Shown: positions 12,646-25,718 of the stretch, one piece after another
How the letters are laid out: each line of letters starts with the position of its first letter
Position numbering within the stretch: the first letter of the stretch is position 1
Assembly: GCF_006345805.1 (NCBI RefSeq)
Contig: NW_021832403.1
Coordinates: 1-61,150 of the forward strand
From: Octopus sinensis
Taxonomy: Eukaryota
DNA length: 61,150 nt
Reading direction: 5' to 3'
Notes under the pieces: generated by a model
The model's database searches: none
The model's input: only the letters and a program-made list of their open reading frames with translations
Told to the model about the DNA's origin: nothing
Translations under genes and position numbers: made by a program

Positions 12646-13374
12646 TACCTCAAGGGACTTCATTGGTCAGTCAGACCTGAAACACAGGACATCACAAACA
12701 TTGTACGAACTTTGGTGACATTAATTTTCAAGAGGGACACTCCAACATAAGGGACAAAATGATAACCTTAATATCTGTTCTGTAAAGGAACTGTCAGAAC
12801 AGTTGAGGGGAGGGGCCTTTGATGAGAGGTTAAGATTTCATTTACGTTCCAAACACCAACAAAGTTATTTTATTAAATTCTTCATTATTTTTAAGATTAA
12901 TTAAAACAAAGGTAATGCTTTTCAAAAGAAATAACAGAAGGATTAAAGTGATTAAATTTGAGATCGATAATCATACTTGAGGGGATTACTTTAATACTAA
13001 TCCCTAGCAAACTGCCCCTTGTCTTTCATATACAAAACGGTTTCAAAACATTTGAACCAAAAACGATCAAATGAAAAAAACCTGCATCAAGATTTGTCAA
13101 ATATATACCCGAGGTGGCTGCTGAAAAGATCCTGGCTTTTAGGGTATTGTGAGGGGCCTGGTTGGTGGCCTGACCTTCCGGGTTCTTTTATAGGGCTTAG
13201 AAAATCTGAAGGACCCTTACAAAAATAAGGGAATCTGAGAGGAGAAAATCTTGAATAAAATCATAATTAACTGATCTTCCTCTATTTTCTTTTACCTAAA
13301 ACCACCAACTTTTCAGCAACCCCTTATGCCTCTGTGTATACACACCCATATATATATATATATATATATATCGA

Positions 13375-13822
13375 ACCTCATCCGATGACAGGCACCTATG
13401 CCTACCCCACTTTGCTTGCAAAGACCTGTTGGGGCAAGTGAAATCGAAATTGAACCAATCCTATGACTGGCACCCGGCAGATGCCAGGACCCCTGGACTG
13501 GAGATACGTAAAAAGCACCATCCGAATCGTGGCTGATGCCAGTGCCGCCTCGACTGGCTTCTGTGCAGGTGGCACGTAAAATGCACCAATCCGACCGTGG
13601 CTGTTGCCAGCCTTGCGTGGCACCTGTGCAGGTGGCACGTAAAAAGCACCCACTACACTCACGGAGTGGTTGGCGTTAGGAAGGGCATCCAGCTGTAGAA
13701 ACATTGCCAGATCAGACTGGAGCCTGGTGCAGCCTACTGGCTTCCCAGATCCCCGGTTGTACCGTCCAACCCATGCTAGCATGGAGAACGGACGTTAAAC
13801 GATGATGATGATGATGATGATA
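13375..13822 (+). mobile_element. family B non-LTR-like element with (GAT)n tail and 62-63 bp internal repeats
   Basis: Ends ccaacccatgctagcatgg..ggacgttaaacgatgatgat. At least 11 clear copies in the window. Confidence 0.75.
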
Positions 13823-14727
13823 TATATCAGAAATACAAAATTTCTAAATCTCTCGTAGAGAAAGTCATGCTGAATATCCCCGAGAACTACGTTAAGGGTA
13901 CACGTGTCTGTGGAGTGTTCAGACACTTACACGTTAATTTCACGAGCAGGCTGTTCCGTTGATTCGGATCAACCGGAACCCTCGTCGTCGTAACCGACGG
14001 AGTGCTTCCATATATATACATATATATATCAATCTTTTGGTTATATTCTAAATATCAAAATAACAAATGCAAAAAAAGTTAGTTGAAATTCTTCATCTGT
14101 AATGAAAGGGTCAAATATTTAGGCTCTTATTTAAGCAGGGATTTTAACGACCCTTCTAATAATTTTGCGGTGCCTTCTTTTTAGGGTCTTCATACAAAAA
14201 CAGACACACAATCTGCAAACAATACTTTTTAATTAATAATAATGTTTTAATTTGGTTCTTCAGAGATTTATTTAACCAGAAATTGATTAAAATCAAAGGA
14301 TTTCCATATGTATTTGAGGTGTTGTGCATATGTGTGTGCAGATGTGTGTGTGTGTGTGTGTGTGTGTGCATATGTATCTGTGAAGGCAGGTGGCCCATTG
14401 ATTAGGTGTTGCATTCGTGACTGAAAGGTTTTGGGTTCAATTCTCAGACTGGCAGTAAATTGTGTTCTGGAGCAAAACACTTCCATTTCACATTGCTCAG
14501 TCCACTAAGCTGTCAATGGGTTCAACCCTGCAACAGACTGGAGGGTGAAGACATATCAGGACGTCCCCTCATATCACAGGAAGGTGAATGCAATTAACAA
14601 AACAGATTTGTACATAAATCTTTCATTGTTATGAGACTCACACAGAAAGAGGGGACACACATGCAATATGGACCCTGTTTCAGGGACACGGTTTTGATTC
14701 TTTTTCTTTTTCAAGACTTCATGCTAT

Positions 14728-14960
14728 GACCCTTTAGCATAGAAAGCAGTCATATCCAGGGCCCAAATATTCTTCCTGTTTTATGATCAAACTGGCCAGA
14801 TCCCACCTCTCACACCTACCCTAAAATGCCATTCTAAAACTAAACAATCACATCATCAAAATCTGAAATCTTTGGGATAATCCCTGATTAATTCAAAACA
14901 ATGGGAATAAATAGACATTTTACATTTGACAGGATAATCTGAATGCTGAAAAGGGATACA
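14728..14960. mobile_element. second piggyBac-type MITE family (reverse copy at about 34375-34575)
   Basis: Ends accctttagcat / atgctgaaaaggg. Body is the reverse complement of 34375-34575. Confidence 0.5.
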
Positions 14961-15049
14961 AAGGGTCCTAACAATGTGAAGGGGCTACAAACACACGACT
15001 AAGGGGCAGGAGGGAGGAGATGAATAATAATAATAATAATAATAATATG

Positions 15050-15279
15050 CACCAATGCGACCGTGGCCGATGCTAGCCTCGCCTGGCTCCAGTGCAGGTG
15101 GCACGTAAAAAGCACCCACTACACTCTGGGAGTGGTTGGCGTTAGGAAGGGCATCCAGCTGTAGAAACACTGCCAGATCAGACTGGAGCCTGGTGCAGCC
15201 TTCTGGCTTCCCAGATCCCCGGTCGAACCGTCCAACCCATGCTAGCATGGAGAACGGACGTTAAACGATGATGATGATG
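15050..15279 (+). mobile_element. family B copy, 5' truncated
   Basis: Same 3' end and GAT tail as the other B copies. Confidence 0.75.
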
Positions 15280-15289
15280 AATAATAATA

Positions 15290-15826
15290 GGCAGTGGCTC
15301 TCATGGCTTCTGATCTTAACTGATTGGAAGTGTCATCATGTACATTGTTTTGTCTTGGTATAAAAGATGGCCTACAGCAAATATTCTGCTCAATACCACA
15401 GATTTGCTTGTCAGTTGCTTGACCTTAACCAGTTGAGCATGTCACTTAGTGGCTGACGATATGTGCATCTCTGATCATGAGCAGAAGTAGTGGGGGAACA
15501 TCATAGCCATGTGTTGAGAGGGATTCTTTGGGGTTTGAATAATTCACCTCTGGAAACATGGGTGTTTCATTTAACATCCTTAAACAACCCTTATTCAGGG
15601 ACCTTTTGAGCAGGATGTTTTACTCGACCAGAAGAAAATTCTAACTGGTCCCCACCTGCAAGGTCATGTGCTGTTTATCTTGATATGAGATCACCATGTC
15701 GCGCACATATGGTTGTGATGCATGTGCCTAGTGTACCCTTATCAGACGGGTAGTCATGATGGGTACAATGGGCTTCGTATATTTTACCCCAGTGTCACTT
15801 TGATGGCATGAACTGCTCTCTCACTC

Positions 15827-15850
<24 letters not shown>
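15290..15850 (+). mobile_element. interspersed element ending in (TAA)n, probably non-LTR derived
   Basis: Non-coding body with a simple-repeat tail. Single copy here; family assignment from recognition only. Confidence 0.35.
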
Positions 15851-15857
<7 letters not shown>

Positions 15858-16831
15858 TCTACAATATGTTCAAGGTTTGGATTTTCTAGGGAGGGGGACA
15901 GTCATTCACATTGGCCCCAATATTCAACTGGTACTTAATTTATCGACCCTGAAAGGATGAAAAGCAAAGTCAACCCCAGGGGAATTTGAACTCAGAACGT
16001 AGCAGCAGACGAAATACTGCTAAGTATTTCGTCTGGCGTGCTAACGATTCTGCCAGTACACTGTCTTTATTATATTAATAATAATAATACTAATAATAAT
16101 AACAACAACAAAAATGGGTAAGCACAGGTATGGCTGTGTGGTAAGAAGTTTGCTTCGCAACCACGTGGTTTTGGGTTCAATCTCACAGAGTTGCACCTTG
16201 GTCAAGTGCTTTCTCATATGTCCCAGGGCTGACCGAAGTACTGTGGGAAGATTTGGTAGATGAAAACTGAAAGAAGCCCATCATGTGTGCATGTGTGTTA
16301 CCGTCTCCTTGTGTCAACATCAGGTGATAGTTGCAAGCAAGTGTCATCATTAAACAGTGCCCTTCCTTTCCAATCTTCCATGAAAACATGTCTGGCCACA
16401 GGGGAACAAGTGAAGGTTGGGTGGCAGCAAGAGGACCCAACCATAGAAAATCTGCCTCAACAAACTCTGTCTGACCCAGGGAAGACATTAAAACAAAAAG
16501 GATCCTAATTTCTTGCCCGAGGCTCAAATTTTTGAGGGAAGGGGCATTAGTCTATACCATCAACCCCAGGATTTGGCTGGTACTTTATCTCTAGAGGTCA
16601 TTAAAATAAAGTACCAGTCAAGTACTGCGACTCAGAGTATCAACTAATCCGATCACCTCAAAATTGCAGCCCTTCTTCACCCACAACAGAATAAGATTTC
16701 ACCAAGGCACACCCGACCCCTTCAATTTACTTTGGTTGGTCCTCAATTCTATGTCATGTCTCTCATCAATCCAGGTGAGTGGTCTTTGTCCTCCGTTTGA
16801 GTACGGGAATTTCCAAAATATAACTCCAGAT

Positions 16832-17003
16832 AGGTGCAGGAGTGGCTGTGTGGTAAGTAGCTTGCTTACCAACCACATGGTTCCGGGTTCAGTCCCACTG
16901 CGTGGCACCTTGAGCAAGTGTCTTCTGCTATAGCCCCGGGTCAACCAATGCCTTGTGAGTGGATTTGGTAGACGGAAACTGAAAGAAGCCTGTCGTATAT
17001 ATG

Positions 17004-17053
<50 letters not shown>

Positions 17054-17255
17054 TGTGTCTATCCCCCTAGCATTGCTTGACAACCGATGCTGGTGTGTTT
17101 ACATCCCCGTCACTTAGCGGTTCGGCAAAAGAGACCGATAGAATAAGTACTGGGCTTACAAAAGAATAAGTCCCGGGGTTGATTTGCTCGACTAAAGGCG
17201 GTGCTCCAGCATGGCCGCATTCAAATGACTGAAACAAGGAAAAGAGTAAAAGAGT
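16832..17255 (+). mobile_element. SINE family A copy
   Basis: Full length. Confidence 0.9.
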
Positions 17256-17859
17256 ATATGGTCACAATACTCAGCTGACTTTCATCGAAATTTACACAAG
17301 AAGCCGAGAGCAATGTTAAACTCTCCACCCTCGCCTTCCTCTACAGTTTACCCAAAGTGCTACCGAACCCTGAAACTCATAACCACACTGCTAGGCTTCT
17401 GCGGACGCTTCACCGCATTTTTGTTGGTAAACCATCAAGAAGAAGGACAGATGCAGAAGCTTTGACAACAGCAAAACAAACAGATGACACAACAACAACA
17501 ACAACAACAATCTAAAAGCACAAGGCCAGAAATTTGAGGGGAGGGGGCAAGTTGATTACATCGACCCCAGTGTATAACTGGTACATATTCTACTGACCCC
17601 CAAAAGATGAAAGGCAACCTCAGGTTGAATTTGAACTCAGAATGTAAAGACGGACGAAACCCCTGGGAAGGGGGCAGAAAAGGATTGGCAGCATCTTTTC
17701 CATTTTAACGTTTACGTTTTGAGTTCAAATTCTGCTGAAGACGACTTTGTCTTTCATTCTTCCGGGGTTGATACAGATGTACTGGAGTTAATGCAATCAA
17801 CTAGCCCCTAAAATTCACCAACAAAATTTCAGACCTTAAGCTTGTTGTGCCTACTGTAA

Positions 17860-18075
17860 AAATAATAATAATAATAATAATAATAACGATAATAATAATA
17901 ATAATAACAATAATAATAATAATAACGATAATAATAATAATAATAACAATAATAATAATAATAATGGTGATAATGATAATAATAATAACAATAATAATAA
18001 TAATGGTGATAATGATAATAATAATAACAATAATGATAATAATAATAACAATAATGATAATAATAATAATAATAC
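17860..18075. repeat. interrupted (TAA)n microsatellite with higher-order variant pattern
   Basis: TAA runs with periodic CAA/CGA/TGG/TGA interruptions. Source of the poly-I/Y/L ORFs. Confidence 0.95.
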
Positions 18076-18293
18076 TCACCTTCCTCCACTTGAAACAATA
18101 AGAAAATGGAAAAAAAGGAATTTGTGTGAAAAGTTGAAATTTAGGAATTGGTTGGGAAAACAATTAGACGGGTGTTGAAAGCTTTTTACCCATCCCCCCC
18201 CCATTCATATAAAGTATATACATATGCACATACACACACACATATATAGATAGACAGACAGAGAGAGAGAGAGAGAGGGTGAGAGATAATATA

Positions 18294-18535
18294 AGTCAGA
18301 AAACAGCACAGCTCCCATGACTTTCGGAAACATTTCTTCACGCTCAGAGTTGCTGAAGCATGGAATAAACTGCCTGCGTCAGTTGTTGACTGCCATGACA
18401 CTGCATCCTTTAAGGCCCTCATGCTTCCCGAAATCTGCCGAAACTACACCTGATTATACATGCACTTTAGATGAGTTGTAGTGCACCTGAGCACTGTACA
18501 CAATGTTTATTATTATTATTATTATTATTATAATA
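18294..18535 (+). mobile_element. CR1/L2-like LINE 3' end with (TTA)n tail
   Basis: RKQHSSHDFRKHFFTLRVAEAWNKLPASVVDCHDTASFK matches the CR1-type FF..RV...WN.LP..VV motif. Confidence 0.8.
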
Positions 18536-18718
18536 ATAAGAGGTAAAAAGGATTTGTAAATCCAGGCAGATATCTAGAAAGCAGTCAGTATTAAGCATTC
18601 TGGGTCAACTCCATCCAACAATCAAATCCCAATAGACTGGGGAGGTGCACCTATAACTCATTGTTCCGTTTGCCGGCCAGAAGGGAGTAAGAGAGGAGGA
18701 GTCGAAATGATGATGATG

Positions 18719-19190
18719 ATCATCATCATCATTTAGCGTCCGCTTTCCATGCTAGCATGGGTTGGACGGTTCAACTGGGGTCTGGGAAGCCAGGAGGCTG
18801 CACCAGGCTCCAGTCTGATCTGGCAGTGTTTCTACAGCTGGATGCCCTTCTTAACGCCAACCACTCTGAGAGTGTAGTGGGTGCTTTTTACGTGCCACCC
18901 ACACAGGTGCCAGATGGAGCTGGCAAATGGCCACGGACGGAGGGTGCTTTTTACGTGCCACCGGCACGGGGGGCCAGGCGAGACTGGCAACGGCCACGAA
19001 CGGATGGTGCTTTTTACATGCCACCAGCACGGGGGCCAGGCGAGACTGGCAACGGCCACGAACGGATGGTGCTTTTTACATGCCAGCGGCACGGAGGCCA
19101 GTCGGGGCGGCGCTGGCAACGATCAGATGGTTCGCTTACTTGTCACTGGCACTGGTATCACAGATGCAATTTCCACTGATGTTGATCGAC
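18719..19190 (-). mobile_element. family B copy with about 3-4 internal 62-63 bp units
   Basis: ccacg(g/a)acgga recurs at 18931, 18994 and 19056. Confidence 0.8.
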
Positions 19191-19461
19191 TTCGATTTTG
19201 GTTCTGCTTTCTGAGATCTGATTTGATTTGGTTTGATTTTGATAAAGTTTCCACTATACTCCGTCTTCCTAATCCATTCTTTCTACTATACACACAGACA
19301 CACACAAATTGATATAAACAGCTATGTGCAATGTGGTAGCATAAAGGAAAAATATATTTGTCACTGAGCTGGGTTAGGCTCAAATAATTATATATACCAA
19401 TAAGAGGAGGGACCCCTAAGTGGGTCCCTTGCATGCTAATATTAATTTCTACTCATATATA

Positions 19462-19859
19462 TCTTTATATATAAAAGAGAGGTTGTGTGCTGTTTGTCTC
19501 CTACGATTTAGATTCCTAACTACTCCCACATTTTGTGGTGCAGTTTAACCAAAACCGGGTATCTTATAGTCGTGATTCATATCGAGCCCGTCTGGGTATT
19601 AATGTGCGTCTACGATGAGTCTACGATTTAAAAAAATATTTACCATCATTTTTTCCCATTTTAATGCACTTTTTCGCTATTATATAAGGGAAGTAACTCT
19701 CTAAAAATGTCTACGATGAGTCAACGATTTAAAAAAAATTTGCCATAATTTTTTTTCCACTTTTAATGCATTTTTTTGCTATTTTTGGGCTATAACTCTC
19801 TAAAAATGCTTTATAGTTATTTCCCTTACAAACCCAGCAACGCCGGGCGATACTGCTAG
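19462..19859 (+). mobile_element. Helitron-like H1 copy
   Basis: TC...CTAG termini, subterminal hairpin, A|T site. Confidence 0.78.
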
Positions 19860-20018
19860 TATATATATAAATCAAGATTCAGTTGAATTAGGTATTTAAG
19901 TCGAAGCACAAAGACAGCTTGGTATTATCCACACAGCTTGAAGTAAGGTGAATAAATCAAAAATAAGAAAAATTAAGATATCCTGTGGCTTATTTTGATT
20001 TTTATATATATATATATA

Positions 20019-20408
20019 CTAGCAGTATCGCCCGGCGTTGCTCGGGTTTGTAAGGGAAATAACTATATAAGCATTTTTAGAGATGTAAAGTATAATAGCC
20101 ATCTCAATATGGCTAACCACAAAGGGGGGGGGTGTTACTGTAGCTTTTTACGTTCTGAGATTTAATAATAAATTCTTAGAGAGTTACTTCCCTTATATAT
20201 GCCAAAAATGCATTAAAATGGGAAAAATTGATGGTAAATTTTTTTAAAATCGTAGACTCATCATAGACGCACATTAATACCCAGAAGGGCTCGATATGAA
20301 TCACGACTATAAGATACCCGGTTTTGGTTAAACTGCACCGCAAAATGTGGGAGTAGTTAGGAATCTAAATCGTAGGAGACAGACACACAACCTCTCTTTT
20401 ATATATAA

Positions 20409-20411
<3 letters not shown>
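20019..20411 (-). mobile_element. Helitron-like H1 copy, tail-to-tail with 19462-19859
   Basis: Same termini on the minus strand. Confidence 0.78.
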
Positions 20412-20448
<37 letters not shown>

Positions 20449-20701
20449 ATGTATATATATAAATATATTTATTTATATACACACATGCATATACATACAT
20501 ACATATATATATATATGTTACATCATAAAAGATACACCAGTCTATCATCTCAGCTGTAAACTTTAGACAAGACCCACCACTCCACCAGCATCAATAATAC
20601 TCACTGCTAGAACAGACAGCCCCTAACCCCAATCCTCCCATTGGATGCAAGGGGTCAAACAAGAAAGGCAAGGTGTCAAATATAATTTAGGGAAGACTTA
20701 C

Positions 20702-20799
20702 TGACGGGGCTGCTTGGTTCTGTGATGACCTGGACCCGATCCACTTTACAGACGAGGATGGAGTCTCGGACCTGCGTCTCACTTTCATACAGCAAATAT
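20702..20799 (-). CDS. ZFYVE21: ZFYVE21 exon 5 (YLLYESETQVRDSILVCKVDRVQVITEPSSPV)
   Basis: tctttttcag acceptor, gtaagt donor, 98 nt, phase 2/1. Similar to human YLFLDG..IEIVHISTVQILTEG. Confidence 0.87.
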
Positions 20800-20938
20800 C
20801 TGAAAAAGACATCATATAATAATAATAATAATAATCTTTTCTAGTGTAGGCACAAGGCCTGAAATTTGCGGGGAGGGGACCAGTCGATTACATCGACCCC
20901 AGTACTCAACTGATACTTAATTTATTAGCCTGAAAAGA

Positions 20939-21365
20939 CATCATCATCATCATCGTTTAACGTCCACTTTCCATGCTGGCATGGGTTGGACGGTTCGACC
21001 ACGGTCTGGCAAGCCCGAAGGCTGCACCAGGCCAGTCAGATCTGGCAGTGTTTCTACAGCTGGATGCCCTTCCTAACGCCAACCACTCCGAGAGTGTAGT
21101 GGGTGATTTTATGTGCCACCGACACAGGTGCCAGATGAGGCTGGCAGACGGCCATGCTCGGATGGTGTTTTTTATGTGCCACCGACACAGGTGCCAGACG
21201 AGGCTGGCAGACGGCCACGCTCGGATGGTGTTTTTTATGTGCCACCGACACAGGTGCCAGACGAGGCTGGCGAACGGCCACGCTCGGATGGTGTTTGTTA
21301 CGTGCCCTCAGCACGGAGGCCAGTCGATGCGGTACTGGCTACGGCCACGTTCGGATGGTTTTCTT
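20939..21365 (-). mobile_element. family B copy
   Basis: CAT tail on the + strand, 63-bp internal repeats. Confidence 0.78.
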
Positions 21366-22129
21366 ACGAAAGGTAATAATCAACCTTGGCGTTATTTGAA
21401 CTCAGAATGTAAAGGCAAACAAAGGGCCTCTCGGCATGCTAACGATTCTGCCAATTTGCCTCATTAACAATAATAATAATTAAGGTGACAAGCTGGCAGA
21501 GTTAGCATCTTTACATTCAGAGTTCAACTTTGCCTTTCATCTATTAGGGGGTCAATAAATTAAGTACCAGTGAAACCCTGGGGGTCAGTGTAATTGACCT
21601 AACCTCTCCCTTGAATTTGCTGGACCTGCACTGATATTTGAAACCATAATCTTCTCTTTTTATGGGCACAAAAACATGAAATTTTGGTGGGGGTGGGTGA
21701 GTGAAGGAAGTCAGTTGCATCACCCCAGGGACTTGGCTGCTATGGATTTCACTGATTCTGAAAGGATGAAGGGCAAAGTCAACCTTGGTAGGATTTGAAC
21801 TCCCAATGTGAAGATGGAAAAGATGTTGCTAAAGCCTTTTGCCTGGCAGGCTAATGATTCTGCCAGTTCAGCATCTTGGGGGGCAAGTCTCAGGCTGACC
21901 AAAGCCTATCATATGTCTGTCTGTCCCCCACCACTGCTTGACAACCGGTGTTAGTTCGTTTATGTCCCTGTGACTAAGCAGTTTGGCGCAAGAGACAAGT
22001 AGAAGAAGTACGAGGCTTAAAAGCAGAAAAGAAATGCTGGCATTGCATCATTTAACTAAAAGTTCCAGGAAGTGCTACAGCGTGGCCACAACTAATTACT
22101 GAAGCAAGGTGAAGTTAAAAGGTAATCCA

Positions 22130-22860
22130 TTATAGAAATCCAGGGTGGATTTCCTACCAACTGCATTGTCCACCTGGAACAACTTGGCAACATTCTAAAC
22201 CCCAGATCCATGGATCAAACACAGACTAACTTTAGTCTGTGCTTGACCCAGGGCTGCAGCTTGGTCAGAGAGAGACAAGTGGCACAAATGATCACCACAC
22301 AATTTTGTCCACACTTTCATTGATGTTGTCATTGTCGTAGAGGTCAAGGTATTTCTGCAGCAAAATTGACCTCAGAACATACTGGAACACCAGTGATGGT
22401 TTTCGAAGGCCACCAGAATGGATGGCGTTGGCAACAGGTTTGTTCTGACCAGGGAGAATTTATCCTTTCCACAAGGAATGGAAAAACATGCACTCCAGCT
22501 TGGCCAAATGCTTCTCAAAACAAGGTACAATGGTCAAGCCGTCACATGTTATCCACTTCTGCCTCACCTTTCAGGGACAACATCTCTGCTCATTTCTGAT
22601 TGTGACTGGCTACTCTGCTTCTGATCCCTTTCTAGATCTTATTTCCTTGGAGTTCTGGTCCAAACCAGACCCCCAAGAACCTTAACTGGACCTCGGTTCA
22701 GCAACAGAACCAACCAGCTGTCATCAAGGGTCTATCTCCCTAGGTCCCAACTTCCAAACGCAGCAACTTGTCCTGACCGAGATGAAATCCCACAAACTCT
22801 TGGGACACATATTATGTTGATTACTTCTACATCTAAAGGGCCCAACACACCCTGTAAAGT
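22130..22860 (-). mobile_element. highly decayed LINE fragment, possibly L1/Tx1-like
   Basis: Minus strand LAKLECMFFHSLWKG...GGLRKP resembles the Tx1-type F.FLWKG...GGLG.P motif. Many stops. Confidence 0.4.
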
Positions 22861-23225
22861 GTTAGGAAGGGCATCTGGCTGTAGGACCCATGCTACAACA
22901 CACAATTGGAGCCTGGCCAGTCCCTGTCAAACAATACAACCCATGCCAGCACGGAAAACAGATGTTAAATGATGATGATGATGACGATGATATAATTCAG
23001 TTTGTATGCATTGTTTTTTTATCTTTTACTTGTTTCAGTCATTAGTCTGTGGCCATGCTGGGGCACTGCCTTGAACTTTTAGTCAAGTACCAATTTTTAA
23101 TGCCTGGTACTTATTTTTTGGTTATAACATTGAAAAATGTTATTAAAAAAAATCATAACTATCTATTTGTGAAAAATGAAATTATTTTCTTACCAACCCA
23201 ATCTATCTATCTATCTCTGAATATA

Positions 23226-24103
23226 TCTTTATATATAAAACTGTAGTTGTGTGAGTGTCTGTCCCCTTCGATTTACATTCCTAACTACTCCCACATTTTG
23301 CGGTGCAGTTTAACCAAATTCGGGTATCTTATAGTCATGATTCATATCGAGCCCGTCTGAATATTAGCGCGCATCTACGATGAGTCTACGATTTAAAAAA
23401 TAATTTAACATCATTTTTTATTCCATTTTAATGCATAATTTTTCGTGTGTCGATGGCGGCGGAGTTGGCGTCCACGCTCACACCTGCACCTGTGGGGAAG
23501 GGAGTGTAAGGAAATCAACGTCGTAATGCGTTGTGAAGGAGACCAGCGTTCTTTTAGAACAACGACTTCATGGCTTGAAGACACCAAAACAGAAATGGCT
23601 AAAAAAGCTGAAACAGATCCACAAAAACGGCAAAAACCCCCACACAGGGCAGGTTTTCTGTGCAAACAATTTGCACAACCGAATGTTTTAGTTGTTGCAC
23701 AAATCTTTATATATAAAAGTAAGGTTGTGTGTCTGTCTGTCTCCTACGATTTAGATTCCTAACTACTCCCACATTTTGCGGTGCAGTTTAACCAAAACCG
23801 GGTATCTTATAGTCGTGATTCATATCGAGCCTTTCTGGGTATTAGCGCGCATCTACGATGAGTCTACGATTTAAAAAAAAATTTACCATCAATTTTTTCC
23901 ATTTTAATGCATTTTTTCGCTATTATATAAGGGAAGTAACTCTCTAAAAATGTCTACGATGAGTCAACGATTTAAAAAAAAATTTACCATCATTTTTTTC
24001 CATTTTTAATGCATTTTTTTGCTATTTTTTGGCTATAACTCTCTAAAAATGCTTTATAGTTATTTTCCTTACAAACCCGAGCAACGCCGGGCGATACTGC
24101 TAG
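23226..24103 (+). mobile_element. composite Helitron-like element: long-form 5' part (23226-23703) fused to a complete H1 copy (23704-24103)
   Basis: Two TCtttatatataaaa starts, one CTAG end, about 260 bp of unique interior. Confidence 0.7.
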
Positions 24104-24663
24104 TATGTATATATATATAATGTCATCATCATTTAACATCTGCCTTCCATGCTGGCATGGGTTGGGTGGTTTGACAGGAGCTGGCCGCCGAGTAGAAGAC
24201 TGCACCTGGCTTCTGTGCCTGTTTCGGCAAGGTGTCTACAGCTGGATGCCCTTCCAAATGCCAACCACTTTACAGTATGACCCAGATGCGTTTGACATGG
24301 CAACCAGCACTGGTGAATTCACCAAGTAATTCACAAGAGAAAGATCCCTTGAGAGGAGAGGGGGGAATTGGAGAAGGTGACCTTGTGTCAGGTGCTGAAG
24401 ATGGTAGAGTGTGAAAGAAGGACAGGACAGGTGCCTTGATGTAGAGGAGATACATAGGGACCATGTGAGAGGGAGAGAGAGAGAGAGAGAAAGAGGGATG
24501 GTGGCAAAGTGCCTCAAAGTACAGGGATCAGAATATTACCAAGGGTGCATAAGTAGGGAGCAGGGACTTCACATGAATACAAAAAGAAGGGGAGGGGACA
24601 ATTTGGGGTGAAACTTGGGTATATATAGAGGAGGTGGGGAACAACAGGGTAGCAATAATACAT

Positions 24664-25075
24664 AGGTGCAGGAGTGGCTCTGTGGTAAGTAGCTTGCTAA
24701 CCAATCACATGGTTCCGGGTTCAGTCCCACTGCGTGGCATCTTGGGCAAGTGTCTTCTGCTGTAGCCCTGGGCCGACCAAAGCCTTGTGAGTGGATTTGG
24801 TAGACGGAAACTGAAAGAAGCCCATTATATATATATATGTATATATATATGTGTGTGTGTGTGTGTTTGTGTTTGTCCCCCTAGCATTGCTTGACAACCG
24901 ATGCTGGTGTGTTTACGTCCCCGTTACTTAGCGGTTTGGCAAAAGAGACCGATAGAATAAGTACTGGGCTTACAAAAGAATAAGTCCCGAGGTCGATTTG
25001 CTCGACTAAAGGCGGTGCTCCAGCATGGCCACAGTCAAATGACTGAAACAAGTAAAAGAGTAAAGAATAAAGAGA
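24664..25075 (+). mobile_element. SINE family A copy
   Basis: Full length. Confidence 0.9.
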
Positions 25076-25718
25076 GCAGGGTTAGGGTTAGGGCAGGATT
25101 AGGGGGCAAGAGACAAGCATAGTATATGAAAAGGAGAAAATGTGATGTAGTTTGGTTTGTTGGGGTTAGGGTGTGTGAAAAATATATTTGTCACATGTGG
25201 GCAGCGGAACATGCAGTACTTAGTTTCGCTGAAGTGAGTAGGTCTTCTCAAGAAGCTCACAATGCCAGGCATCTTGGTCCTTTGTCATCATCTCTATAAG
25301 GCCCAACATCCTGAGATCGATCCCATGTCTTCTTGGGTCCTTCTCTTCAACGGCTGCCCTCTTCTTTCAGCAAGATGCCCTTCCTTACACAGCCGTCTTC
25401 ATTCATACGCATCACATGTCCAAACGAATATAGTCTCCTCTTTTGCATGTTACATCTGATTCCTCTTATGCCCAACTTTTCCCTCAACACTTTTGCACTT
25501 TGTCGTACATGCACACTGATGTTGCACATCCAATGGAGCAAACTGCTCTCATTCATCTCACATCTACACAGCCCTTCTGCATTCAGAGCCCATGTCTCAC
25601 TACCATGGAGTATAGCCATTCGCACACAAGCATCATACAATCTACTTTTCACTCTAAGAGAGGAGAGTCCTTTCGTTGCCAACAGAGATAATAGCTCTCC
25701 ACCCTATTCTTATTTTAA

